The notes below the pieces were generated by a model, which saw only the letters and a list, made by a program, of their open reading frames with translations, had not been told where the DNA came from and searched no databases. Source: Octopus bimaculoides (lineage: Eukaryota). Taken from it: a stretch of DNA of 64,000 bases. Shown piece by piece: positions 50,891 through 63,034 of this stretch. Numbering within the stretch: the first letter of the stretch is position 1; each line of letters begins with the position of its first letter. A program made the position numbers and the translations under genes. Where the stretch lies: contig NC_068983.1 in NCBI RefSeq assembly GCF_001194135.2, forward strand, positions 166,727,024 through 166,791,023, given 5' to 3'.

Positions 50891-53800
50891 TGACAACAAA
50901 CAAGGTGAGGTCACCTGTCCGTCCATTGTCAATAATGTTATCTGATGAGAATCAGATAAAACAGCAGAAGGCATTTGGTCCAACACTTTATTGATTCTTC
51001 CAATCTACCATCCAAGGAGAAGATGATGATGCTGACAACGATGATGGTGATGGTGGAGATGATGTCAATAATAATGATGATGACAGTAACGAAACAACAA
51101 TACAGATAGAAGGTAATTAGAAAAAAAAAGTGGGACATTCTTAAACAGATTAAGAAGAACAAAAATAAAAAAACAATAAACAGAAACAAGAATAAAATAA
51201 AATAAAATAATTTTGAAATACCTTGAAGCTCTTCCTCTTTGTAGGGTTGTGAATAATAAATTTCTCTGAAAGAAATAAAATGCAGAAAAATAAATAAAAT
51301 CAAAAAATAAAAAGACAATATTTTTTTTTATTAAATAAATTGTTAATTGCATAATATTTTAAACTTCTGTCTTTGTACAGGTTGGAGCAAGATGGTTGTC
51401 AGCTCATTCTTGTACCATTTTTGTCAATAAACGCACACTGAAATCTAACATTCCATCACAATGGACTTAATCAGTCTCACATCTCTTAAAGTAGAAGATT
51501 TCTCTTAGATTACAACATTGCAGTGAGTGGACAAGGCCCTCTCTTACTTGCTCTCCAGCAACTTTGGTCTGTTCCATGCAACAACACCACTGCCACCACT
51601 ACTGCCATTGCAGAGTCCTCTAATGGAGATATGACAACTTTGTCTTAATTAACACAGAGGCAGAGTCCTTGATGATCTCTGGAATACAATTTTGTATATC
51701 AGTCTTTCCAGCAGTCAAAACCCTCAAAATTACAACAATGGTTAAGCTTCACAATCTTAGAGCATTTTTCCTGGTAATTCCAGATAGATAATGTAACTAA
51801 AACTCCATCAGAGAGATGAGCCATTCTCTGTGGGGCCTGAAAATACTTCAAGTTTGACCAATTGTTGATTGTTTACAAAAATTAAAACTCACGATGGAAT
51901 ACAGCTCCTGCAACCAGGCAATCAAACCTACAAGACTGCATTTAAATGAAGGCCACCTAACTGCACCAGCACAAACTCCCTCACCAAGATATTACAACCT
52001 TTGGCCCACAAACATGCTGTTTCCTAATTGTATCACTGCTATTAAAGCCTCTGCTCCTCTGAAAATAGTTCATTGTGTACCACCTACACTCAAGCCGACC
52101 AGAGACATTAGCCCTTTATTTCTTTCTTCTCTTGTCATCCCTGCTGCATCTTCTCCTCCCTCGCCGAGTACAAACTTTTAAACCCAATCCTTCTTTCACA
52201 GACTTTCACCATTTCAATGAAATTCCCCACCCCCTCCCCCCAGATGTATTTTCCGAATAAGTTCATTTTTCGCCTGTTCACATAATTATGCACGCTTCAG
52301 CTTACCTAGCTCTCAGGAATTTTTCAGAATGTTACTTGAAATATAGTGACATCTTATCCAGATAAATAAACAACGAATGGTGAGCGTGGCATCTATTATG
52401 GAGGGGAGGTCAACGTTATTCAATAATGCTAAAATCAAAAGCTTAAAATAAATTCCTGCAATATTTTCTACAGAATGTTCTGAGAGATCCTTGTATTTCA
52501 TTTTAAAAAATCTGGATTTCAGTAAGATGAAGTTCCTGTAATGGAATTTAATGAAAATTTAAAAAGGAAAGAGAATGGTATTCACTTTTTCAAAATAAGT
52601 TGAATAATTTCTTTCCCCACAATAACTTTTATTTTATTTAATGTTTTATTAAAATTAGAGCTATGGTGATGGGTGTCCGCAAAATGTAGACGTGGGTTCT
52701 GCGCATTTATGAACAACTGTTTAAAGGTTCCACAACAAAATAACCTTGGAAAACATTGAGCTAACTCATCAGGGTTACAATTAATTAATTTTAGAAATAA
52801 ACAATGCGATGACGGGAACGGGAAATAGTCTGATATTGTAGCAGACACGGAGACCCCTGCAAATATGGTTTTGTAGATATCGTCAGAGAAGCAGGGTAAC
52901 AATGCACATGCCTGTAAAAATAAATGGCAATGGTGAGGCGTGGCTGTGTTTGCCTCACAACAATATAGTTCCAGGTTCATTCCCACAGCGTAACACATTG
53001 GAAAAGTGTCTTCTGTATATAATAGTAGGAGCCCTAGCTAACAAAAGCCTTGTGAGTAGGCGAAAACTGAGAAGCCTGTCGCGCGCGCGTGTGTATCTGT
53101 GTCCTACCACCACTTGACAACCAGTGTTGCTTTATGTCCCCATAACTTAGCAATTCGACAAAAAAACCTGGTAGAGTAAGTACCAGGCAACTACTGCACT
53201 CGATTTATTCGACCAAAACTTTTGATGTGGATCCCCAGTATGGCCGCAGTCAAGTAACTGAAACAAGCAAACGATATAAGATAATAGCTTTACTTTCTAC
53301 TTGTTTCAGTCATTGGACTGCGGCCTAGAAAGGTTAACAAAATTAATGTGACGATCACAGACGATAATTTTAATTAAGACTAAATCTATAGACAATGATT
53401 AACAAAATTAAGCAAAGGCAACGAGTTAAGAGCAAATGGAATCAAAAGTGGTGATAGTTCAGGTGAGAGTGTAGTGCTAAAGACACTGTTTTCGGTGATA
53501 TTAGAGTCTGTCAGTAAAACAGCATTGTGTTTCGTTCATTGCTGTGAAATTGGAGAAAGGTAGAAGACGACCTTAAATTCTATTCAGCACTTAATAAACA
53601 TTTACATTATATTATATCGTGGCTGATTAAGTGATGCCAAAAGAATACACTAAAGAAAGATTTTAATGATTTTGAGTTGGACGAGAAGAGGGGTGGGGAC
53701 CAAGAATGCTTACTTAATGTTGTGTACTTTACTTTTAAAATATAATGATCGAGTTGTCGCCCTGGAAGTAGTCGAGAAGTAAAAGAAATTTTGCCACAGC

Positions 53801-54044
53801 GCTAAGTTTAATAGTAAGTAAACCATTCTTTCCTGTGTGTCTGCCAACCTCCCAATGCAAACAGAAAAATTAGTAGGAACTGTATACGGCCAACACAAAT
53901 CTTCAATAAATCCGGGTACTTATAATCGTCACTTACAGATGCCGAGTTTTCAATCTCTGTTGTCATGCAGGAGAATGGATGGGTGGATTTTATAACTTAT
54001 GTCTTTTATATATTTCTATTTCATACTCTCTTTTTATCTGAAAT

Positions 54045-55090
54045 AGTCAGGTGGGAGTAGCACTTGATGGGGAGATTGTCGCACCCTCTTTAGGGTTGGT
54101 CCATCCACCTTGGTCCCCACTTGACTCCCAGCCCTCATCCATGGCTCCCCGTAACTGTTTGCATGCAACAGTGGCCAAACTCCAGGTAACAGCTTCGACA
54201 GACTCACCAAAGTAGGTGAGGGTAGCTGATGGGTGTGAAACCCTCGGTGTGTAAATCAGGGGTTGCCTACCCTAGGCATGCAAAGACTGGTTCCTGCGGA
54301 CGAGACCAAAAGTGGTCCAACAGCTACGAAGGCGGTTCCAGCAGGCGTTGTGAAGCGCTCATGGCATAGGGATGTTCTGGTCATCCACTGCAGCAGGGAG
54401 ATCTCCAGACGTAACGGCTCTCCGTGCCACTGGATCAGGGTCTCTTCTGCCGAGAGAGTTGGATTGTCCATGTGCATCGACTCAACCACTTTAATCAACC
54501 TCGCACAGGTGTCTGCGTATCCCAGCCCCAACTTCCCACTGAAGTCATGCGGTGAAGAAAAAATGGCGAAAGTGGCAGGTAGAGGTAACCACTGNNNNNN
54601 NNNNNNNNNNNNNNNNNNNNNNNNNNNNNNNNNNNNNNNNNNNNNNNNNNNNNNNNGGGGGGGGGGGGTCATAGTCACGAACCTGTACGTTGGCGGCCTG
54701 GGACTTTGGTGGTTGTTTTTCGAACTCGGGGCACCGGAGGACTCCGGCAGCATCTCAGGCAACTGAGCAATCTTTTTAGGAATGCACTGCTCACCCCAAT
54801 AAGGGAGGGGCCTAGAAAAGGAGGCCTAAAGAAAACTTGCCTGACACCATCTGGCCAGTTTACCGCAGGAGGTAGATTTACTCATCGCCAAGGACACACT
54901 AAAGGGTGTGACATCCAGCCTCGCAGACTCAAGACCCCAGCTACAAACAGGACTACCCGGAGGTCAATCACCAACACTGCTATAGCTGTCTTTGAGGAGG
55001 ACAAGCAGCAATGCCTCGCAGGCGCAAGAGACTGGGTCGCATCATCCTCAGTCCTGATCAGGGAGGATTAAGACCCATCGAGGCCCTAAG
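54045..55090 (+). mobile_element. RTE-1/BovB-like LINE: 5' UTR plus ORF2 C-terminus, middle missing or in the gap
   Basis: 3' part translates to ...KGCDIQPRRLKTPATNRTTRRSITNTAIAVFEEDKQQCLAGARD, resembling the RTE-BovB end. GC-rich 5' part. The C2H2 finger continues at 55440-55590. Confidence 0.75.
54053..54235 (+). ncRNA. Candidate HDV-like ribozyme at the RTE 5' end
   Basis: P2 CAUCCA/UGGGUG, P3 UGGC/GCCA, L3 starting UCCCCG, P1 GGAG(U/A)/ACUCC, GG for P1.1, P4 hairpin CUCACC/GGUGAG, J4/2 G-C-U-G-A. L3 carries an atypical hairpin insertion. Confidence 0.5.
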
Positions 55091-55439
55091 CATTTCAAAA
55101 GATTTGGTGCCACCATATATATGTAATTCAAAATTTAAACAATATGCTATAGAAAATATTTTTTTTCAAAATGAAACAAAACTAAAAAGTAAGATGGCAG
55201 AAAATGTTTATTTTATCCTTTTATGCTTCCACTTCATATTTCAAAGGTTTTCTACTTTTTTCTAATTGTAAAGTCTTCGATCAAATCCTCACTTTCACAC
55301 CATGAACACTTCCAAATTATATTTCCTATCATATACACTACCTCGAATATTATTTTAGCAAGTTTAAAGTGATTTCTTTTGTGCCGTAAACAATTTACTA
55401 CCTCTTTTGATGCCCTAAGCCGTGCTTATTTTTGATTAA

Positions 55440-55585
55440 TGGTTAATCCAGCGCTGGTTGTGATCACAGACTACCAGTGTCCAACCTGCGGGTGTCTGTG
55501 TGCTTCCAGCTTTGAGCTGCGGATTCACATGCTGATTGCTGAGACCACAGACTACGCGTTCACCGGAGATCGATGGACTTTTTGT
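55440..55585 (+). mobile_element. RTE ORF2 terminal C2H2 zinc-finger relic and 3' end
   Basis: ORF 55439-55627 TDYQCPTCGCLCASSFELRIHM matches the CPxCGRxCxSxxGLxSH end of RTE ORF2, followed by gagatcgatggact. Confidence 0.75.
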
Positions 55586-55960
55586 TGTTGGCACTCCGTC
55601 GGTTACGACGACGAGGGTTCCAGTTGATCCGATCAACGGAACAGCCTGCTCGCGAAATTAACGTGCAAGTGGCTGAGCACTCCACAGACACGTGTACCCT
55701 TAACGTAGTTCTCAGGGGAGATTCAGCGTGACACAGAGTGTGACAAGGCTGGCCCTTTGAAACACAGGTACAACAGAAACAGAAATATAGAGTTGTGAAA
55801 GGGTACAGCAGGGATCGTTACCACCCCCTGCCGGAGCCACATGGAGCTTTATGTGTTTTCGCTCAATAAACACTCAAAACGCCCGGTCTGGGAATCAAAA
55901 CAGCGATCCTACGACCGCGAGTCCGCTGCCCTAACCACTGGGCCATTGCGCCTCCACGAT
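55585..55960 (-). mobile_element. tRNA-derived SINE, CpG-intact copy
   Basis: Minus-strand head gtggaggcgcaatggcccagtggttagggcagcggactcgcggtcgtaggatcgctgttttgattccc. Body is homologous to 7838-8156. Confidence 0.85.
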
Positions 55961-58170
55961 CGATGGACTACCAAGACAGTAATAGGTGCGAGTCAATCAT
56001 GCTACATCGCCGTACAAATTCCAGAAACGAGACGAGTTAGGTTTAAAACTCCTAATTTACACTCTCTGTTGCCGAATGTGGAGAATGGGTGAGAGGATGT
56101 CAGTGTTGATTAATTGCCGTGCCATGGCGTGCTGTGATTGAATCATTCATTCATTGGACTTCGAACAAAGCAAAGTCAGCTGAAGGAAGGGAGATAACCA
56201 ATTCAAGAGAAGATAATTCAGATAAAACACGCCCTTCCCGTCTTGTGCTCATTTGCCTTAATCATACGAACATGCAATTGGTTCGAGTGTTGCACTCTAA
56301 CGCAAGGTCGTGGTTTCGGCTCAGCTGTCGATGAGTAACACTGCAACGGACCATTGTTCTGTTCGCAGGGAACGTTGTGATTTCAATCACTTATACACCA
56401 TAGAAACCGGGTCCTAGGACTCGAGACGTGGCCAAGTGACTCTGGACTCAATTCCACACTCGCTTCTGGTCAGTAGACGGGATGGGTAGGTTAGTGTGAA
56501 GAATACAAGCCACGTAATCCTATTAATAACATACAGAAAACAAATACGTTTTCTGTATGTTATTAATACACACACAGTATATACTTATTGACGCTCCCGT
56601 AATACAAAATACATACATATAGTGTAACACAATAACATGACCCAGTTAATGGTAACCTAGGTCAAACAAATGTTAAAAACTGGAACAGTTATTTATCAAT
56701 CAAACAACAAAGGTCTCTGATAAACCACTTCATTTTATCGCTTCTATCGCCCGAATATAAAACTATAACTACACTTCTATGCCGATATTTTGCAAGGAGG
56801 TGGGAGCGACTTCGAGGTTTTCTCCTGTTAGCTTTCGTTGAACTGTTCGACAAAAATCACTCCTCTTCTTACAAAAAGTAAAACGATAATAATGCGATAG
56901 ATAGATGTAAATATCCACAAAAATTCCAAGTTGTGCTCTGTTCTACGTCTACAAAATATGCAATAAAACTATTAATTCGGTTCAATTAATCTTTGATGAT
57001 TTATTTGTAAATTGCGTGAAGAATGTAGCAGTTCGTTTCTATGAGATTGCTTCGGTTTTGTTGTTGGTTAGGGACACGTTCAACAAGTTTACCTATATTT
57101 ATTTAGCACAGAATTTTGTCAGTGAACAGGTCAAAGTCTGAAAGCGACGAAAATATTTTGGCAAATTAAATTTAAATGTTGAAGTGAATCTAAAGGTTTT
57201 TGAGTGTTTTATAAACAACTTCCACGCTGCAATTGTTTTTGTTTCAGCACACGATCTGAGATCAGGTCACTTGCTATGCAAGTACATCTCTGTAATTTAT
57301 TATTATTACATCTATGAAAACAACGTTGACGTTAGAAGCTAATTACAAATATTTAGTCAGTTCATTTTCCCAAATTAAGACCTAATTAGCCTTCAATGCT
57401 ATGTATAAGTAAACACGGACTTCGATATATGTCTGACACCGATATGTTGATTACTATCGAAATTAAAAGGTAATTTACAGGTAATGTTTTAAAAAGAATT
57501 AATAAGTTTTCTGATTTAAAATTTAAATTTCCGTAATTTTTTTTTTTTAATAATAATATAAAGTTATTTCGATTGTCTGAGAATCGTGATTTTGAGAAGG
57601 AATAAAGTAAAAAAAAAAGGATTTTGAACTGTTTCGTTAATAAACAATAATAACAAGAGTAATTATTGCGTTGTTCAATTAAAAACAATGATTAATTAAG
57701 ACTAACCTGTTTTACAGAAGAAAATAAAGGCAAAGAGTTCTGAAACATCCGAGACATGATCAAATGTATTCCCAGCTGGAATGTCTCTGTCACTAATTAC
57801 ATGAAATAAAAACAATTATAATCGAAACTAATGTCTTCTTTGATTCACTCACAAATAAATAAATACACCGCTTTATAAGAAACACTAATTCCGATTCTTC
57901 ATGACTCTTCACATTACAAACTTGATTGAATTTTCTGAAATTCTTCCACTTCTTTCACTCTTTTCGCACACTTTCTGTTTTTCTCTCACTCACTCACTCC
58001 GACTTCTTTCTCTTTCTCCCTCTCTCTGTCAGCCGCTCGGTGTCTCTGCCTAATGCCTATCTCTCACTTTCTTTCTCTCTCCTCCTTCCTCCACCTCTCT
58101 CTTTGCGTACTTATCTCCCATTTCTCTTTCTCTCCCTCTCCGTCTACCCTACCCTTTCTTCCTTGTTTTC

Positions 58171-58204
<34 letters not shown>

Positions 58205-60759
58205 ACAATCAACAATTATTTTATCAATCTCTTCGTTTACTCCTGATTTCACAATTTAAAACAAGTCACCATATTTCATTGGATCCTCCATGAAGTCGTT
58301 GATAACTTATCAACCTCTACCATGTAAATTTAGGAAATAAAATTAAAAAGTATGATATAAGCACAACATGACTGTGGTAAGAAGTCTGCTTTCCTACCAC
58401 ATGGTAGCAGGTTCAGCTCCACAGCGTGGCACCTCAGCATTGGTTGAATGGTTTGATAGGAGCTGGCAATGCCGGGGTCTGCACCAGATTCCATAGTCTG
58501 TTTTGGCTTTGGGGATTCTATAGCTGGATGCCCTTCTTAATGCCAAACACTTTACAGAGTGGACTGCGTGCTTTCTACATGGCACTGTCACCAGTGGTTT
58601 TTATGTGGCACCAGCAACCATAGCAACACTTTTTACATGGCACTTTGGTTTTAGGATCTCAGTTCTGTTGTGGTGGGCAGCTTTGACAACTAAGAGTGTA
58701 AAAGTGATTGTTGAGTGTTTGAGACATTGAATTGAAAAAGGTGGCCAAAGATGCTGGAAAGGTAAGTCCTGGAGTCAATTTGTTCGACTAAAGATGGTGC
58801 TCCAGCATGGCCACAGTCAAATGACTGAAACAAGTAAAAGAGTAGATGGTGGATAATGTTGTGGGCTCCTATCATGATGGTCGGTAGACATTGAAGCCTT
58901 AGTGTGTCGATGACCAGAGCAGCAAGACATTCAAGATGGTTGCACATCTCTGGACAGCTTCCAGTTGATCAATATTTTAAAATCGAGATGTAAACTATAA
59001 GTATGGATGTACCATAGCCAAGCCATAAATAGCTTTAAATAAATAACTGCTGAGAGACTGACAAAAGTCTTATTGAGTGTATTTCTGATCTCATTCCACT
59101 TCCACCCCAGTCATGAGTGTAGCTCATCTAGAATATAAAGCCTTTTGTGTTCAAGCCTATTCTCTCACACTTTAACCATTCGTGCTATTGCAAAAAGTCC
59201 CTCTGAATTGTAGTTTCTCAATGGAAGGGACCTTGGTCTTGCAAGGTGCATGGCAACCTCACTAGTGTTGGTGCCATGAAAACAGCATCCAGGACATTCA
59301 ATAAAGTAGCTGGAATTAGGAAGGAGATCCAGCTGTAGAAACCATGTCAAAACAGACATGAAAACACAATGCAGTCTTCAGACCCATCATTTCTTGTTAA
59401 ATTGCCCATATTAGCATGGAACAAGGACATTAGATGATGCTGCTGTTCATGACGACAACGATGATAACAACAATGGCAAGTAATGAAAACATAAGTGGCT
59501 GTTTTCCTCCTTGAAGTTCTGAGGATGACAAAAAAAAACTGTGTATTTTGACAGTAGTTGGGGGAACAAAATATGACCCCAAGTTGAAGTGTTGACCAAA
59601 GCTTATATGAATGTCACAGTCAAATATCTCTTGTTGTCACTGGTTTCAGTTGTCATCAGGAATTACTAAAATGCTTGAGTAAACATAGATTATTCCACCA
59701 TGACAATCAGAGTGGTCTTTGTAAAACAAGTTGTAGCAGGTCATGCTACAAACACCACAAACAACTTTGCTGAGAAAAAAACTGAGCCCCAGGTTTCAGT
59801 GACTAAAAATGAAATTGAGGTCAGTATTTTTAACCTAGGGCTCAATAGGGGTGGACCTTGTTGTATAAACTGCCAACATTTAAAAAAGGTCAATTGTGTC
59901 TTTAATCTTAGTAGAAGGGTGCAAATTAGAAGTTACTGGCATAATTCTAGTAGAAAGTGAAACAAAACTCCATGTTTTAGAATTTCAGAAAAAAAAAAAA
60001 AATTGAAAACTCTCATTTATCTTCCTTATCAACCATATTTGTCTCCAACAAAATTATGGAGAACACATTTTTCAAGATAATTGAGCACTATATATGGTTT
60101 TCTATAACTCTAAACAGATATTAGGCTAGTGTGTATGTATAACACACACACACACACACACAAGTAAGCACATAAATGCAAAACAAGGTGGAGAAAAATA
60201 GTGCTTGAATACCAAAGGTAGAGTAATGTACTTCTATTAAAGCAGCAAAATTTTCGCAAAACTGTTACTCAGTATACACACATATATACGCATATATATA
60301 GCTGTGTGTGTGGTGAAATGATACTAAGTTAACTTTGCCACACATGAATTCAATGTTCACATATCTGTTTGTCCTATTCTCATTATTTCTCATTTTTAAT
60401 TGCCTTATTTCTTTCTGTCTACTTAGACTAAAGGAAAAATGACTAAAAGTGTGGAGAAGATACCACATTTGGTGGCATCTAAGACACATCTTCCTCTCCA
60501 AAATGTCTCAAAATACCACCTCAGAGTCCCATATGCAAAATTCAACCTCCCATAAGTTTTAATGCACTAAAAACCATTCTTTTTTTTCCCCCTGGATATG
60601 ACCTGCTGAAATTGGAATGTGTCTAGTATGTTCATGGGTCTTTTATGCCATCATAATATGTGTGTGTGTGTGTGTACTTTCATACTTTGATAGGTTTTGG
60701 CCAGTATTGGCTGAGGCCATGTCGAACTTAATAGCACCACCTGGCAAAGTCATTCAAAT

Positions 60760-61440
60760 TAGGAATTGGAAAACATGGCCCACTCAAATAGAGAGTCATT
60801 GTTTACAGAGACATATCCAGATATAGAAGGTTTATCTGGGATTTTTTTAAGGAATTTGTCCAAAGACTTCTTGAATTTTATGGGGTCTATTTCTGCTTTA
60901 ATGTATTTTGATGTAATTTCAAAGAGAGTGGGGCCAATTGAGGTGAAATAATTGTGCCATATTGTTGCTATATGATGCGATTATGATTTTTGTTGTGGGC
61001 AGATAGGACAGGGCCCAAGTCTTGGATGTATCTTGAAGGTGATGCTAACATCATTTGGGTAATGCTGATAGAATATTTTCCACATCATGCAGATGTTGTA
61101 GCGCTCACAGTAGCAGTGGAGAGAATAAGGCTTGAGCTTTTCTACTCAACTTCAAAAGTCAAGGCCTGACATGCCATCTATCTCTTTTTGTAATTGACTT
61201 TTGAAGTGCTTCAATTTTCATGATACTTTGTTTGATGTGGAGAGACTACAATGGACAGCAGTATTCAAGGTGGGGTTGGGCAAAAGTAGAGAAGAGAAGG
61301 ATAATGGTGTGGATGTCTTGACTGAAAAGTTCTGAGAATTCTGGAGCACATTCTGCGGGCCATGTCAACTTTGCTGTTTATATGAACGGCCCAGCTTATG
61401 TTGTTGTCTACAATTACTCCCAATGTTTCCAAAATTACAA
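60760..61440 (-). mobile_element. CR1/L2-clade LINE 3' relic
   Basis: ORF 61265-61477 LGVIVDNNISWAVHINSKVDMARRMCSRILRTF, and downstream FTSIGPTLF...FKKSLDKFLKKIPDKP. These are typical CR1/L2 RT C-terminal motifs. Confidence 0.85.
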
Positions 61441-62235
61441 AAATATGAATCAAGGAATATTTGGCTTGATTTAACAAAAATGTTTTATGACTGTCTCTCT
61501 TCCAAATTTGGTAATAAAATGCCTCCTGATTCTATTAAGTGACCCTTATCCCATCACCTTACAGCTACCCCCTTTGTAACCCATCTTCCTCTATTCTACT
61601 TGCATATTTCCATCTTCTTCTTCCACCTCCCCCATACAATAGCCATTCCTTCAGTGCTCTGCTTGTAACAACCAGAAATGGCTCTCATGAAAGTGGCATT
61701 AATTTTCTTAGGTTCTTTAATTTTCCTCGATTGATTGAGTAAACTTATCAGTAATGTACCAATAATGGCTACTGGAAACAGCTGTAAGCCAAATTTGTTC
61801 CAATAAAAGAATAATATCTAATGACCATTATTTTAAACTTGTCTCTTAGATATCACTCTGAATAAAAACGATTTCGTCTGGAGCCCATCCATGGATTTAC
61901 AATATAGAATTGTGATGAACCCTAACCTTGGACCCTACCAAAAGATTACTACTTGGGGTTCTTCACTAATCTAAGGAATATTGTTAGCCTGGTGTGCCAC
62001 CAGAGAGCTTATGAGGTATTTTGCCCAGATTGATAATCCCCCACTTAATTAATTTTGACACTGAAGACTAGAAATATCTGATAAGTAATTTTAATGGTAT
62101 AATAATTGGCACAAGCAATGGGAGAAATGCCAATGAAAAAGATTTTGCATCTTAGGTATTGATGATTATAAAAAATATTTTAAAGATAAATAGTGGGGAT
62201 ATCTGTAAGGAAGAAATTTTTTCATGAAACATAAG

Positions 62236-62405
62236 CTACACTCTCTGAGTGGTTGGCGTTAGGAAGGGCATCCAGCTGTAGAAACTCTGCCAAATTTAGA
62301 TTGGAGCCTGGTGTTGCCATCCGGTTTCACCAGTCCTCAGTCAAGTCGTCCAACCCATGCTAGCATGGAAAGCGGACGTTAAACGATGATGATGATGATG
62401 ATGAT
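62236..62405 (+). mobile_element. 5'-truncated young RTE 3' end with (GAT)n tail
   Basis: Near-identical to 34110-34270. Confidence 0.85.
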
Positions 62406-63034
62406 TTGTTCTATGCACGCATATATATAAATTAAAATAAATGACAAGGGAACATGAATTATGTAGTGAACTTCATTAGCTTACAGCAGTTTCTGCTCTA
62501 AAAGACAGTGGATCTTATTTCACAAACAGCTGAATTTAATTAAGTCATTCTTGTTCGCTCGTCATATATGTAATTTCACTCGCTACATTCACCTAATCCT
62601 TTATTCTGAAACTTATTCATATATGAAGTTCTAACAACAGGTTTTTAGTATCGTAATGCCAAAGCAATATCTTCACACACACACACTATATGTATTGTGT
62701 GTGCATGCGCACGCCCTAATTGATGGCTTTTAAAATGCACTTTTTTTCCTGAGAATTCGTCCCACGAAGTTGATTTTCCCATAAACTTTCATAAGCTTAA
62801 AACATTTTTTCCCTAAATACAAGCTGTTAAAAGTGAGGCACGTCTTTTCGGCCATAAAAAAAATAGTAAATAATGCTTCCAAGTGAAGGGAGATAACTTT
62901 GGTGGCCACACGTCAAAGGCTTCAGTCAAACATTGCATGACAGTCTCTTCTAATAATGATAGTTGCAATGTTAATAATAAAGACGACATGGCATTTCAAA
63001 GGCTGGAATTTTTCTTTGGGGAGTGAAAATTCAG

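Larger units (their letters stand above)
50415..50937. mobile_element. Head-to-head inverted dimer of a tRNA-headed SINE carrying a hammerhead ribozyme
   Basis: The two halves are diverged reverse complements over about 220 nt. The minus copy has a tRNA-like head (50708-50650). The element is flanked by the 13-bp direct repeat ttatctgatgaga (50402-50414, 50938-50950). Confidence 0.75.

Noticed and set aside
51886-51940. Possible CPT2 first exon MQSCRFDCLVAGAVFH with a gtgagt donor
   Set aside because: Phase 1 rather than the phase 2 needed for the strong acceptor, not presequence-like, and embedded in LINE-like relic sequence.
59700-60555. Possible two-exon plus-strand ORF (59700-59819 + 60427-60555)
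   Set aside because: Phases fit, but the first acceptor is weak, the peptide is low-information and there is no recognisable homology. Cannot be supported without transcripts.
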